Origin: an uncultured bacterium
Lineage (GTDB): Bacteria > Acidobacteriota > Thermoanaerobaculia > Multivoradales > JAHZIX01
Direction of reading: 5' to 3'
Assembly: GCA_965368975.1 (NCBI GenBank)
Contig: CBDUPA010000006.1
Location: forward strand, 160,001-224,000
DNA length: 64,000 nucleotides
A program made the position numbers and the translations under genes. Shown here in pieces: positions 1 through 12,274 of this stretch (position 1 is the stretch's first letter; the number at the start of each line of letters is the position of its first letter). The notes beneath the pieces were generated by a model. The model did not search any database. It saw only the letters and a list, made by a program, of their open reading frames with translations, and had not been told where the DNA came from.

Positions 1-1
1 G

Positions 2-3364
<3,363 letters not shown>

Positions 3365-3376
3365 AGTTGGGGGTGC

Positions 3377-4597
3377 TTGAAATTGGGGGAGCTTGACGCG
3401 GTCAAACCCGCCAGCTTTCGGCGCGGCATCCTGCTGCCCTGCGGCATGCTGCTGATCGCGATGGTCAACCTGACGCTGATCGTCGCTGGGCTCAAAGAAC
3501 TCATCCTCGACGAACTCGGCGGCAGCACCCGCGACGCCAGTCTCTTCTTCTCGATCGAGATGGCGGCCTACCTGCTGTTCGCGCCCCTATGCGGCGTGCT
3601 CAGTGACCGTCTTGGTCGCCGCAAGCCACTGATCTTCCTCGGCTTCCTGGCCAGCGCCGTTTTCTACGCCGCCTTCACCCAGGCGGAGAGCATCGGCCTG
3701 CTGCTCGGCCTGCGTTTTGCCCAGGGCGCCTTCTCCGTCATGGCCTGGTCGACCCTGATGGCCCTGGTTCTCGATTATCCCGACGACGCCCGCCGTGGCC
3801 GCAACGCCGGCATCATGGGCGCTGCGCTCATTTTCGGTGTGTCGCTCGGTGCCCCGCTGGGTGGTGTGCTGTCGGGCCGCGTCGGCGTCTATGCCCCCCT
3901 GTGGGCCGCCGCTGCCTTGTTCCTGCTCCTCGTCGTCCTGGTGCCGCTGCTCCATGAACCCAGCGTCCAGCGCCGCAAGGAAAGCGCTCGCGCGATCTTG
4001 GACACCCTCACCAGCCGCCCCCGCCTGCTGCTGCCCTACCTCTTCTACTTCGTCGACCGCTACACCGTCGGCTTCTTCGTCGTCCTCTTCCCGCTCTACC
4101 TGGCGTCGCTGGGCACCGACGACCCCGCCGTACGCGGGCAGTACCTGGCCCTCTACCTGCTGCCCTTCGCCGCCCTCCAATACTTCACCGGCCGCCTGGC
4201 CGAACGGGTTGGCCCCTACCGGCCGCTGCTCTTCGGTTCCCTGCTCTACGGCCTGGTGCTGATGCTGGTAGGCTGGAGCGACCTCTTCGCCCTCTGGCCG
4301 GTGATGGCCCTGCTCGGTGTACTCGCTTCCGTCATGTTTCCGCCGTGCATCTTCCTCACCGCCCAACTCAGCGACGCCGGCACCCGCGGCACCGCCATGG
4401 GTGGCTTCAACTTCGCGGGCTCCCTCGGCTTTACCGTCGGTCCGCTGGTCGGGGCCTGGGCGTTCGAACTGTACGGTTTCGGTTTCGCTTTTCTCACTGC
4501 CGGCGCGCTGGAAGTCGTGGCCGCCATCGTGGGCTTTGTATTGATTCGACGCTGGGGACTCCTCGAGTCCCGTCTTTCGGAGGACAAGAATGACTGA
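3377..4597 (+). CDS. MFS transporter
   Basis: About 12 hydrophobic helices; MFS motif A GVLSDRLGRRK. Confidence 0.9.
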   Translation: MKLGELDAVKPASFRRGILLPCGMLLIAMVNLTLIVAGLKELILDELGGSTRDASLFFSIEMAAYLLFAPLCGVLSDRLGRRKPLIFLGFLASAVFYAAFTQAESIGLLLGLRFAQGAFSVMAWSTLMALVLDYPDDARRGRNAGIMGAALIFGVSLGAPLGGVLSGRVGVYAPLWAAAALFLLLVVLVPLLHEPSVQRRKESARAILDTLTSRPRLLLPYLFYFVDRYTVGFFVVLFPLYLASLGTDDPAVRGQYLALYLLPFAALQYFTGRLAERVGPYRPLLFGSLLYGLVLMLVGWSDLFALWPVMALLGVLASVMFPPCIFLTAQLSDAGTRGTAMGGFNFAGSLGFTVGPLVGAWAFELYGFGFAFLTAGALEVVAAIVGFVLIRRWGLLESRLSEDKND

Positions 4598-5789
4598 TCA
4601 GGCGCCGGCGCAAGAACGGCAGAATTCCTCGAAGAAGAGCCGCTCCGCGCTCTTCGTCGTCTACTTCACCGTCTTTCTCGACCTGCTCGGTTTCGGCATC
4701 ATCCTGCCGTCCTTGCCCTACTATGCCGAGAAGCTGGGTGCCAACGGCTTCGAGCTCGGCCTGCTTTTCACCTCGTACTCCCTGGCCCAGATGTTCGGCG
4801 CCGCCATCCTCGGCCGCCTGTCCGACCGCCACGGCCGCCGTCCCATCCTGCTCCTGAGCCTCGTCGGCTCCACCATCTCCTTTGCGTTGACCGGCCTCGC
4901 AGGCACCCTGGTGACGCTGTGCCTGGCAAGAGCCCTCGCCGGCCTCTTCGGCGGCAGCATCTCCACCGCCAAGGCCTACATTGCCGACGTCACCAGCCGC
5001 GAAGAACGCGCCCGCTACATGGGCCTGCTCGGTGCTTCCATCGGCATGGGCTTCGTTCTCGGCCCGTCCTTGGGCGCTCTGCTGATCGCGCTGGGTTACG
5101 GTTTCTCGGCAGCCGCCTTCGTCGCGGCCGGCCTGGCCGCTATCAACTTCGTTTTGGCCTTGATCCGCCTCAAGGAACCGCCGCGACGCCAGGCCGACGT
5201 CTTCCAGCGCTACCTAGACGTCAACCGCTGGTTCGCCGCCCTCAAGCGCCCCCACCTGGGCCGCGTCCTCGCCGCCACCTTCTGCACCACCTTTGCCTTC
5301 GTTGGCATGGAGACGACGTTCGCGTACCTGGGAGCCGAACGTTTCGACCTCAACGAGATGCGTTTCGGCCTGATCCTGGCCTACGTCGGTGTCATCGGCA
5401 TCATCGTCCAGGGTGGGCTGATCGGTCGCTTGACGGACCGCTTCGGGGTCCGGCGCATTGCGGCGGTCGGTGGTTGGAGTCTGGGAGCCGCGCTGCTGAT
5501 GCTGCCGTGGGTACCGAGCCTCGGCGTCGCGTTTGCGGTCATGGGGCTCTTGGGCGTTGGTCAGGCGATGGTGTCACCGACGTTGTCGACACTAGTGTCG
5601 CATCTGTCGGATGAGGATCAGCAAGGGTCGACGTTGGGAGTGGGGCAGAGTTTGGCGGCGCTGGCGCGCGCGATTGGGCCGCTCGTGGCGGGAGCGCTGT
5701 ATGACGTCGGGATTATGTGGCCCTACCTGCTGGGTGGGGGGATGGCGATCATCGCGGGTGTGTTGGTGGCCGGGGTGCGGGAGGGGTGA
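4590..5789 (+). CDS. MFS transporter, DHA1/TetA-like drug:H+ antiporter
   Basis: FLDLLGFGIILP, GRLSDRHGRRP, AYIADVT, GFVLGP motifs; overlaps the previous gene by 8 bp. Confidence 0.9.
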   Translation: MTDQAPAQERQNSSKKSRSALFVVYFTVFLDLLGFGIILPSLPYYAEKLGANGFELGLLFTSYSLAQMFGAAILGRLSDRHGRRPILLLSLVGSTISFALTGLAGTLVTLCLARALAGLFGGSISTAKAYIADVTSREERARYMGLLGASIGMGFVLGPSLGALLIALGYGFSAAAFVAAGLAAINFVLALIRLKEPPRRQADVFQRYLDVNRWFAALKRPHLGRVLAATFCTTFAFVGMETTFAYLGAERFDLNEMRFGLILAYVGVIGIIVQGGLIGRLTDRFGVRRIAAVGGWSLGAALLMLPWVPSLGVAFAVMGLLGVGQAMVSPTLSTLVSHLSDEDQQGSTLGVGQSLAALARAIGPLVAGALYDVGIMWPYLLGGGMAIIAGVLVAGVREG

Positions 5790-5858
5790 GGATTCCTCGT
5801 CTCAATTTCTTGGCTGAAAATGTCTGTTTATTCTGCATCGTTACCCTTGGTTCAGGGA

Positions 5859-7082
5859 TCATTTCGCCTTCCTGAGTTCGTATAAGAAGTTGTCTAATCT
5901 CTGGTAGAAATATTCTAGATTTAACAACTCAATGTGGCGATTGCGCTCGACTTCGGCAATATTCTCTAAGAGGAAAGGCGTTACTATGTTACTGGCGTGT
6001 GTAATGGCGGAGCGGAATTCGAGATGGACCTCTCCGCACTCAATCGGTGGTCGTCCAATATCACTCGCTTGCTTCTCAAGAGATCCTATCTTCTTGCTCG
6101 CAGCCTTGAGGGCAGGTCCCGCATCTTCTGCGGGGTCGGCTACTTCTTTCCCAAGGGCGGCCGTGATCGCTTGCATTACTGGCAAGAGTTCTTCCAGGGT
6201 CGACTCGATGTGATCGAGGTAGTCTTCTTTGGAAATGGCATGGGAGCGATGAATACTTGCTAGTGTTGAGTAGAGTGATGACCATTCGGTCACGATGTTT
6301 GAACCAATGTTCTCACCTTCCAAAGAGGGTCTTATAAGGTCGTCAGGATACTTCTTATCAATCCACAGGCTTCGGCAGAAATGGTTACTGTTTTGCGCGT
6401 CGTCTGGAGTAAGGTAGACGTAAACAAAAATGATATTGGCTTTCTTGCCCTTCCACCTTGCTGCAGCCATCTTGTTCCGATGATATTGGCTATCTGCGTA
6501 CAGTTGAGTCACTTGCCTAATGACAGCTGCGATTTCGGGCTTTGAGAGGTTGTGATTCAAGAGGACCGTGAGGCTATAACGTTTCGACATGCCAACGCTG
6601 TTGTCTTCTTGCCTGAGAACAGTGTACTTGTTCTCTGGCACGATTCTGGTGGCCAGGTCGGCCAGGGCTCCAGTGGAGTCGAACCCCACGATCTGGTTTT
6701 TCGGGACGATAAGCTTCCAATTCCTACCCGTCCTAGTTACGGTGCTTGCTGAGAGAGCCTGCCAGTAAACTTGTTGGGTCTCGATGTTACAAAGGGTTAG
6801 GATTATGGGCAGGGAATGGTTGAGCCAGTACTGGATGTGATCGTCATCAGACCGGTAAATGAATCCGTCATCGGTCTTCTCGCTGAAGAAACTGGATCCA
6901 GACTTGATCTGCACACCAAGGATACGACCGGTTGGACGGTCGTTCTGGACGATCTCGACGTGGGCGTCGATACCGTAATCGTGGACGACCTGCTCTCGAA
7001 AAAGGAAGCCTGCTTCTTCGAAGACCAGTTGGTTGAGGGCTATACCTTGCCTGTCAGTGTGTGCGGTGGAGGTAACCTTCAT
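5859..7082 (-). CDS. DUF4365 domain protein (PD-(D/E)XK nuclease-like N-terminus)
   Basis: FREQ..HDYGIDAHVEI...GVQIKSG...YW..HSLPIIL signature. Lower GC than the flanks. Start moved to the MKVTST ATG at 7082. Confidence 0.8.
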   Translation of the reverse strand: MKVTSTAHTDRQGIALNQLVFEEAGFLFREQVVHDYGIDAHVEIVQNDRPTGRILGVQIKSGSSFFSEKTDDGFIYRSDDDHIQYWLNHSLPIILTLCNIETQQVYWQALSASTVTRTGRNWKLIVPKNQIVGFDSTGALADLATRIVPENKYTVLRQEDNSVGMSKRYSLTVLLNHNLSKPEIAAVIRQVTQLYADSQYHRNKMAAARWKGKKANIIFVYVYLTPDDAQNSNHFCRSLWIDKKYPDDLIRPSLEGENIGSNIVTEWSSLYSTLASIHRSHAISKEDYLDHIESTLEELLPVMQAITAALGKEVADPAEDAGPALKAASKKIGSLEKQASDIGRPPIECGEVHLEFRSAITHASNIVTPFLLENIAEVERNRHIELLNLEYFYQRLDNFLYELRKAK

Positions 7083-7113
7083 TATGATGACATTTGCCTC
7101 TTGTGAATCTGTC

Positions 7114-7572
7114 TTAATCGTTCGAACCTTCGATCCTTTCCTGAGACAGAAGCTGCTGGTAGGGGCCGAGCAGTCCTTCATCTCGGCACTGGTAGAAGAG
7201 CCAGCCAGGTTTATAGCCTTTTTTTATTCGAATCGCTTCTAAGGTCAAGACGCGCTCTTCAGGGGTCTGTTCCCGGAGATAGGTTTGGCCTGAACTTGAA
7301 CGGCTCATAGGTCGATTTGGGGCACCAGGAATCTCGCCTGCTAACACTAGTTCCTCGTAGGCTTCGATGAGGTTCTCCTCTTTACAACGATGCCAGAGCC
7401 ATCCTGGCTTATAGCCACGGTATTGGCGTATCTGTTCCAGCTTGAGAACTCGCTTGCGTGGGCTGAGAAGCTCAAAGTTTGGTCGCCTTAGGGACCAGCG
7501 AATGGTTTCTTCAGTAACCTTCAGGAAGAAGATCATCAAGTAGAGGAGAAGGCTAATCAATACGCCCATCAT
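7114..7572 (-). CDS. Hypothetical membrane-anchored protein with two GYKPGW repeats
   Basis: N-terminal hydrophobic helix; LEQIRQYRGYKPGWLWHRC and LEAIRIKKGYKPGWLFYQC. Confidence 0.7.
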   Translation of the reverse strand: MMGVLISLLLYLMIFFLKVTEETIRWSLRRPNFELLSPRKRVLKLEQIRQYRGYKPGWLWHRCKEENLIEAYEELVLAGEIPGAPNRPMSRSSSGQTYLREQTPEERVLTLEAIRIKKGYKPGWLFYQCRDEGLLGPYQQLLSQERIEGSND

Positions 7573-7719
7573 GAACTCTTTTGTTCAGGTCAGCGTGTAG
7601 CTGTGAAATGTCTCGGAATCTGCTGGATCATGCGAAACTTCCATACCATCTAGGATACCGTAGCAACGGCATTCGACGCCTGCCTCGCACGGGATTGGCT
7701 CGGAAGGAAGGATCACGCC

Positions 7720-7989
7720 ATGCACAAACTAGAAATCTCCCTGCCCGAGTCGGAAGTCAACTTCCTAGCAGCACGAGCACGCCGAGACGGGGTCAGCATT
7801 GCGGAAGTTGTGCAGCGCTTGGTGGAGCAGGAAGCGGAGGTCGAGCATGAGCAAGAACCGTCCGATGTTTTCCTAGCACTTGCGGGGATCCTGGACGATA
7901 CGCAGCCGCTGATCAACGGCGTTCCCGTCAGCGAAGACCCGGATCTCGATCTCGTTGCGCTGAAGCTTTCGACAGCAAGACTCTGCTGA
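7720..7989 (+). CDS. Ribbon-helix-helix (CopG-like) putative antitoxin
   Basis: MHKLEISLPE..LAARARRDGVSIAEVV pattern; RBS AAGGA upstream. Confidence 0.6.
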   Translation: MHKLEISLPESEVNFLAARARRDGVSIAEVVQRLVEQEAEVEHEQEPSDVFLALAGILDDTQPLINGVPVSEDPDLDLVALKLSTARLC

Positions 7990-8023
7990 TCATCTGATTC
8001 TACGTGTGTCGGTACCTGAACCA

Positions 8024-8380
8024 TCAAGCCGGTAGCGTCCGCTGCCGGACCCGCTCCCGATCAAGGACCGTAAATCTACCCTCTAGCGGTATATCGAGTT
8101 CCAGAAGCTCCAGGATCAGATCTGCTGGTTCTTGTGGACTTTCGGGTAGAAGGCGAATGTAGATCACGCCTGGCGGGACGGGTAAACCGAGCTTGTAGAT
8201 CAGGTGGCCATAGTCCCGGTCGAAGGTGATCAAGACCCTTGCTTCGTCAACGGCCATCTGGAGCACTTCACGATCCTGGATACCTCCCAGTCTGCCGCCT
8301 ATCGACTTGACGTCGAACCCCTGCTGCTCCAGCTTGGAGATACTGAGGGAAGGGATATTCTCGTTGGCGAGCAGGCGCAT
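8024..8380 (-). CDS. DUF5615 family PIN-like toxin
   Basis: MRLLANENIP...D.EVL..A..E.RVLITFDRDYG; directly downstream of the DUF433 gene. Confidence 0.88.
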   Translation of the reverse strand: MRLLANENIPSLSISKLEQQGFDVKSIGGRLGGIQDREVLQMAVDEARVLITFDRDYGHLIYKLGLPVPPGVIYIRLLPESPQEPADLILELLELDIPLEGRFTVLDRERVRQRTLPA

Positions 8381-8385
8381 CAGGA

Positions 8386-8628
8386 TCAGGCAGTGGATCG
8401 CAGCGGGAGTTCGTAGAGACTTTCCTCTTGCAGCGCGTCTGCTGCGTAGCCGAAAACAGCACTCAGAGCTTCTGCTGTCAGCCCAGGATAGTTTTGCAGC
8501 ACCTGTTCGACGGTCCAGCCGTTGGACAGCAGACCCAACAGGAACTCGACGCTCAGGCGAGTACCGCGAACGACCGGTTTACCCGCGAGGATTTCAGGAT
8601 CTGCGTGGATGTAGTCTCGCCAGTTCAT
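8386..8628 (-). CDS. DUF433 family antitoxin
   Basis: I.ADPEILAGKPVVRGTRLSVE..L..L..GWT.EQVL.NYP.L signature. Confidence 0.92.
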   Translation of the reverse strand: MNWRDYIHADPEILAGKPVVRGTRLSVEFLLGLLSNGWTVEQVLQNYPGLTAEALSAVFGYAADALQEESLYELPLRSTA

Positions 8629-8718
8629 GACAGATACATTATAGCCCTGCGCAGCGCTCGGCCATCGGATAGGCCAGGTGGGGTAGCCGCTAAGAAAGCC
8701 CCCTTTACTTTCCCGCTC

Positions 8719-8744
8719 CGCTACGAAAGGATCCTTTCATAGCG
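8719..8744. promoter_or_regulatory. Inverted repeat upstream of the Fic gene (possible operator)
   Basis: CGCTACGAAAGG-AT-CCTTTCATAGCG: 12-bp arms with one mismatch, ending 15 bp before the ATG. Confidence 0.45.
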
Positions 8745-8759
8745 ACCGTCGAGGAAAGC

Positions 8760-9926
8760 ATGCCCAGAACCACCGGCCACTACTACCGCACCTCCGTCGT
8801 CGGCGAAGACGTCGACGCCTTCATCCCGACCCCCTTGCCGCCGGTCGATCCTCCCTTGTCCCTCGACGCAGAACTGCTCGATCTCCTCGACCAAGCCCAG
8901 AAAGCCCTGTGGCGACTCGAGATCGCTGGTGAAATGGTGCCGTCAGTGGCCTGGTTTGTCTATGCCTTCGTGCGCAAAGAGGCGGTGTTGTCGTCGCAGA
9001 TCGAGGGGACGCAGGCGACGCTGGTCGACTTGCTGACGTTCGAGGCCACGGCACAGACAGAGCCACGGCTCGAAGCGGACGTCGAGGAAGTTTGCAACTA
9101 CCTCGACGCGTTGGCCCACGCTCGGCAACAGCTACAGTCCCAAGAGGGACTGCCGATCAGCGTGCGCTTGCTCAACGAGGTGCACGCACGGTTGATGGCG
9201 GGCGCTCGCGGTGCCAACAAGCAGCCGGGGGAGATTCGGCGGAGTCAGAACTGGATCGGGGGCACGCGGCCCGGCAAGGCGCGCTTTGTGCCTCCACCGC
9301 CGCACGAGGTAAGCGGCTGCTTGACGGCGCTGGAGCGCTATGTCCACGCGGACGACGACTTGCCGCCTCTGGTGCGAGCGGGATTGCTGCACGTGCAGTT
9401 CGAGACCATCCATCCCTACCTCGACGGCAACGGACGTATCGGGCGACTGTTGGTGGCTCTGCTGCTCGAACACGGGGGGCTACTGTCCCAGCCGTTGCTC
9501 TATCTCAGCCTCTACTTCCGGCGGCACCAGCAAGAGTACTACCGGCGTTTGTCTGCGGTACGCACGGACGGGGATTGGGAAGGGTGGACGCGGTTCTTCT
9601 TGGAAGGTGTGCGGGTTGTAGCCGCGGAAGCGGTGCGTGTAGCCCGGGATTTGACCGCACTCATGGCACGGGATCGGAGTCGTTTGCTCGACGCGGCGTC
9701 GGGTTCCATGACCGCGATTCGACTTTTCGAACAGCTACCGGAGCACCCGGTCTTGACCGTCGCGCGGGCTGCCGAGTTACTGGACATGACGCGGCCGACG
9801 GTGACGAAGGCGATCGAGGTGTTGCGGGAAGTGGAGATCTTGCAAGAGATCTCGGGACGCAAGCGTGACCGCGTCTATCACTACTCGGCATATTTGGAAC
9901 GGCTGCGTGGTGAGATCGACGTCTGA
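8760..9926 (+). CDS. Fic family protein with N-terminal inhibitory motif and C-terminal HTH
   Basis: HPYLDGNGRIGR Fic motif, SSQIEG inhibitory motif, C-terminal wHTH-like segment. Confidence 0.93.
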   Translation: MPRTTGHYYRTSVVGEDVDAFIPTPLPPVDPPLSLDAELLDLLDQAQKALWRLEIAGEMVPSVAWFVYAFVRKEAVLSSQIEGTQATLVDLLTFEATAQTEPRLEADVEEVCNYLDALAHARQQLQSQEGLPISVRLLNEVHARLMAGARGANKQPGEIRRSQNWIGGTRPGKARFVPPPPHEVSGCLTALERYVHADDDLPPLVRAGLLHVQFETIHPYLDGNGRIGRLLVALLLEHGGLLSQPLLYLSLYFRRHQQEYYRRLSAVRTDGDWEGWTRFFLEGVRVVAAEAVRVARDLTALMARDRSRLLDAASGSMTAIRLFEQLPEHPVLTVARAAELLDMTRPTVTKAIEVLREVEILQEISGRKRDRVYHYSAYLERLRGEIDV

Positions 9927-10195
9927 GTAGCGCTCACAGCTCATCGAAGCCACCGGTAGTGGCGATGAGAGGACGAACTCTCTGAAGTCAGTTGTCTTCA
10001 GAGAATTCCGGAGAGCTGGTCGCCAGGGTGGTGACTGGTGGAAGGAAGGGTCGGCGTTCTTCACCCGTAAAGCCGCCCACCAGTTCGGCGCCGCGAGTCC
10101 GCTCTGGGAAACGACTTGGTGTGATTTGGACGTTGCCTACACCTTCGGGTAGGGAAGGCCCCCACCGGGCGACATACAATCCGCAAGGAGGTTCA

Positions 10196-11161
10196 ATGGC
10201 AAAAAAACACACATCTACCCAGATCGCTGACTTGAGCTCACGTGGTGGTACCGCTGAGATTCGTGAGGTACTTTCAAAGATTCTCATGGACTTCGAGGAC
10301 TCGCCCAGTGACTTGGCGCGTTCGGCGCAGCAACAGCTGGGCAAGGCGACCAAGAAGCAGATCGTCAAGAGTGCGCTGCGGAAGTACTTCGAGTCGGAAG
10401 CGCTCAAGCCCTACCAGGCAGAGCTGATCAAGCTTCAGAAACACCTCGAGAACACCGGCCGCAAGGCCATCATTCTCTTCGATGGTCGCGATGCCTCGGG
10501 CAAGGGAGGCACGATCCGGCGCCTCACTCGGTACATGAACGAGAAACGGTACCGTGTGGTCGCACTGGGCAAGCCGACCGAGGTACAGAAGACCGAGCTC
10601 TTCATGAAGCGATACATCGAGCAATTCCCCCACGCGGGCGAGGTCGTGCTCTTCGACCGCAGCTGGTACAACCGCGCGATGGTCGAGCCGGTTATGGGAT
10701 TCTGTACCCCGAAACAGTATCGGCAGTTCATGAATCGAGTGGTGGGCTATGAAGAACGAATTCTCGCCGACGAGGCGACATACCTGATCAAGCTGTATTT
10801 CTCGGTCTCGAAGAAAGAGCAGGCACGGCGCTTCGACCGGCGCAGCAATGATCCACTGCGCCAGTGGAAACTCAGCGAGGTGGATTTACAGGCCCAGGAC
10901 CTATGGGACGAGTTCACCGAGAAGAAATTCCAACTGTTGCAGAAGACCGACACCCCGGAATCGCCGTGGTTCGTCATCCGGTCGGACGACAAACACCTGG
11001 CCCGACTCGAAACGATGAAGCTGATCTTGCGATTGATCCCGTATCGTGGACGCGCCCGCAGTCTCGATTTCGGAACCGACGACAACATCGTGATCGCCGG
11101 AAAAGACGAGCTGAAAAAGATGAAGAAAGAGCGGTCGCGGCATGGGAAGTTCCTCGACTGA
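10196..11161 (+). CDS. ppk2: Polyphosphate kinase 2
   Basis: DGRDASGKGG Walker A, FDRSWYNRA; strong RBS AAGGAGG before the ATG at 10196. Confidence 0.95.
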   Translation: MAKKHTSTQIADLSSRGGTAEIREVLSKILMDFEDSPSDLARSAQQQLGKATKKQIVKSALRKYFESEALKPYQAELIKLQKHLENTGRKAIILFDGRDASGKGGTIRRLTRYMNEKRYRVVALGKPTEVQKTELFMKRYIEQFPHAGEVVLFDRSWYNRAMVEPVMGFCTPKQYRQFMNRVVGYEERILADEATYLIKLYFSVSKKEQARRFDRRSNDPLRQWKLSEVDLQAQDLWDEFTEKKFQLLQKTDTPESPWFVIRSDDKHLARLETMKLILRLIPYRGRARSLDFGTDDNIVIAGKDELKKMKKERSRHGKFLD

Positions 11162-11200
11162 GAGCCATCCATTGACGTCAAGAACGAGGACAGACGAGCT

Positions 11201-12142
11201 GTGAGTAAGAAAGATACCGTGGTTCGGAAGCGAGGAGCAGGACGGTCCAAGGCCGACGATGCACAGAAGGTCAGTGCTCTGAAAATGAAACTTGCCGAGA
11301 AGACGGCCTCGCGCAGCGTCGCTAAGCGTCCTTCGGAGAAGCGGGTCCCCGTTTGGGTCAACCGCCAACAGATCGATTACGAGCAAGAACTCCGTGCCCT
11401 GCAAACCGAGCTGCTCAAGATGCAGAATCACGTGAAGACACAGGGTCTTCGCCTGGTGTTGCTCTTCGAGGGCCGGGACGCGGCCGGCAAGGGGGGGACG
11501 ATCAAGCGGATCACCGAGTATCTCAATCCCCGGGGATCCCGCATCGTCGCGCTCGAGAAGCCCAGCGACCGGGAGCGTACGCAATGGTATTTCCAGCGCT
11601 ACGTCGCCCACCTACCGGCAGCGGGCGAGCTCGTCTTGTTCGACCGCAGCTGGTACAACCGCGCGATGGTCGAGCCAATCATGGGTTTCTGCACCGACGA
11701 GCAGAACAAGCGCTTCATCAAGGACGTTCCCTTCTTCGAGCAGATGCTGGTGAAGGACGGGATTCAGCTGTTCAAGTTCTACTTCTCGGTCTCGAAAAAA
11801 GAGCAGCTGCAGCGATTCCAATCACGCGAAAAGGACCTGCTCAAGCAGTACAAGATCTCGCCGGTCGATCGGCAGGCCCAGGAGCTGTGGAATCACTACA
11901 CGGTGAAGAAGTTTCAGATGCTCAGCGAGACCAATCGCACGATTGCCCCGTGGACCATCATCCGCTCCGACAACAAGAAAATGGCTCGCATCAACTGCAT
12001 TCGCCACATCCTCCTGAACGTCGATTACCAGGGCAAGCCGGATCCCCGGAGCCTGATCCCGGATCCCGATGTCGTGATCTCCGGAATCGATGAACTCAAG
12101 ATGATGGAGGACAACTTCCTGCGGGTACGGGAAGGCCGTTGA
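11201..12142 (+). CDS. ppk2: Polyphosphate kinase 2 (second copy)
   Basis: EGRDAAGKGG, QWYFQRY, FDRSWYNRA. Confidence 0.95.
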   Translation: MSKKDTVVRKRGAGRSKADDAQKVSALKMKLAEKTASRSVAKRPSEKRVPVWVNRQQIDYEQELRALQTELLKMQNHVKTQGLRLVLLFEGRDAAGKGGTIKRITEYLNPRGSRIVALEKPSDRERTQWYFQRYVAHLPAAGELVLFDRSWYNRAMVEPIMGFCTDEQNKRFIKDVPFFEQMLVKDGIQLFKFYFSVSKKEQLQRFQSREKDLLKQYKISPVDRQAQELWNHYTVKKFQMLSETNRTIAPWTIIRSDNKKMARINCIRHILLNVDYQGKPDPRSLIPDPDVVISGIDELKMMEDNFLRVREGR

Positions 12143-12204
12143 ACCTGCCGGATCCAAAGGCTTCCCCAGAGTAAGAGAGCGCTTGCGTTCCCTCTGAACG
12201 CAAA

Positions 12205-12236
12205 ACCGCCCGCTCCCATGACGGGTAGCGGGCGGT
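12205..12236. terminator. Hairpin terminator between convergent ppk2 and DsbA-like genes
   Basis: ACCGCCCGCT...AGCGGGCGGT stem preceded by AAAA (a U-tract on the minus strand). Confidence 0.65.
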
Positions 12237-12274
12237 AGAGACGACGTGGAAGTCGTGGCGGACGTGAGTCCGAC

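Noticed and set aside
4590-5789. Calling this gene tetA
   Set aside because: Only family-level motifs; no tetR; substrate unknown.
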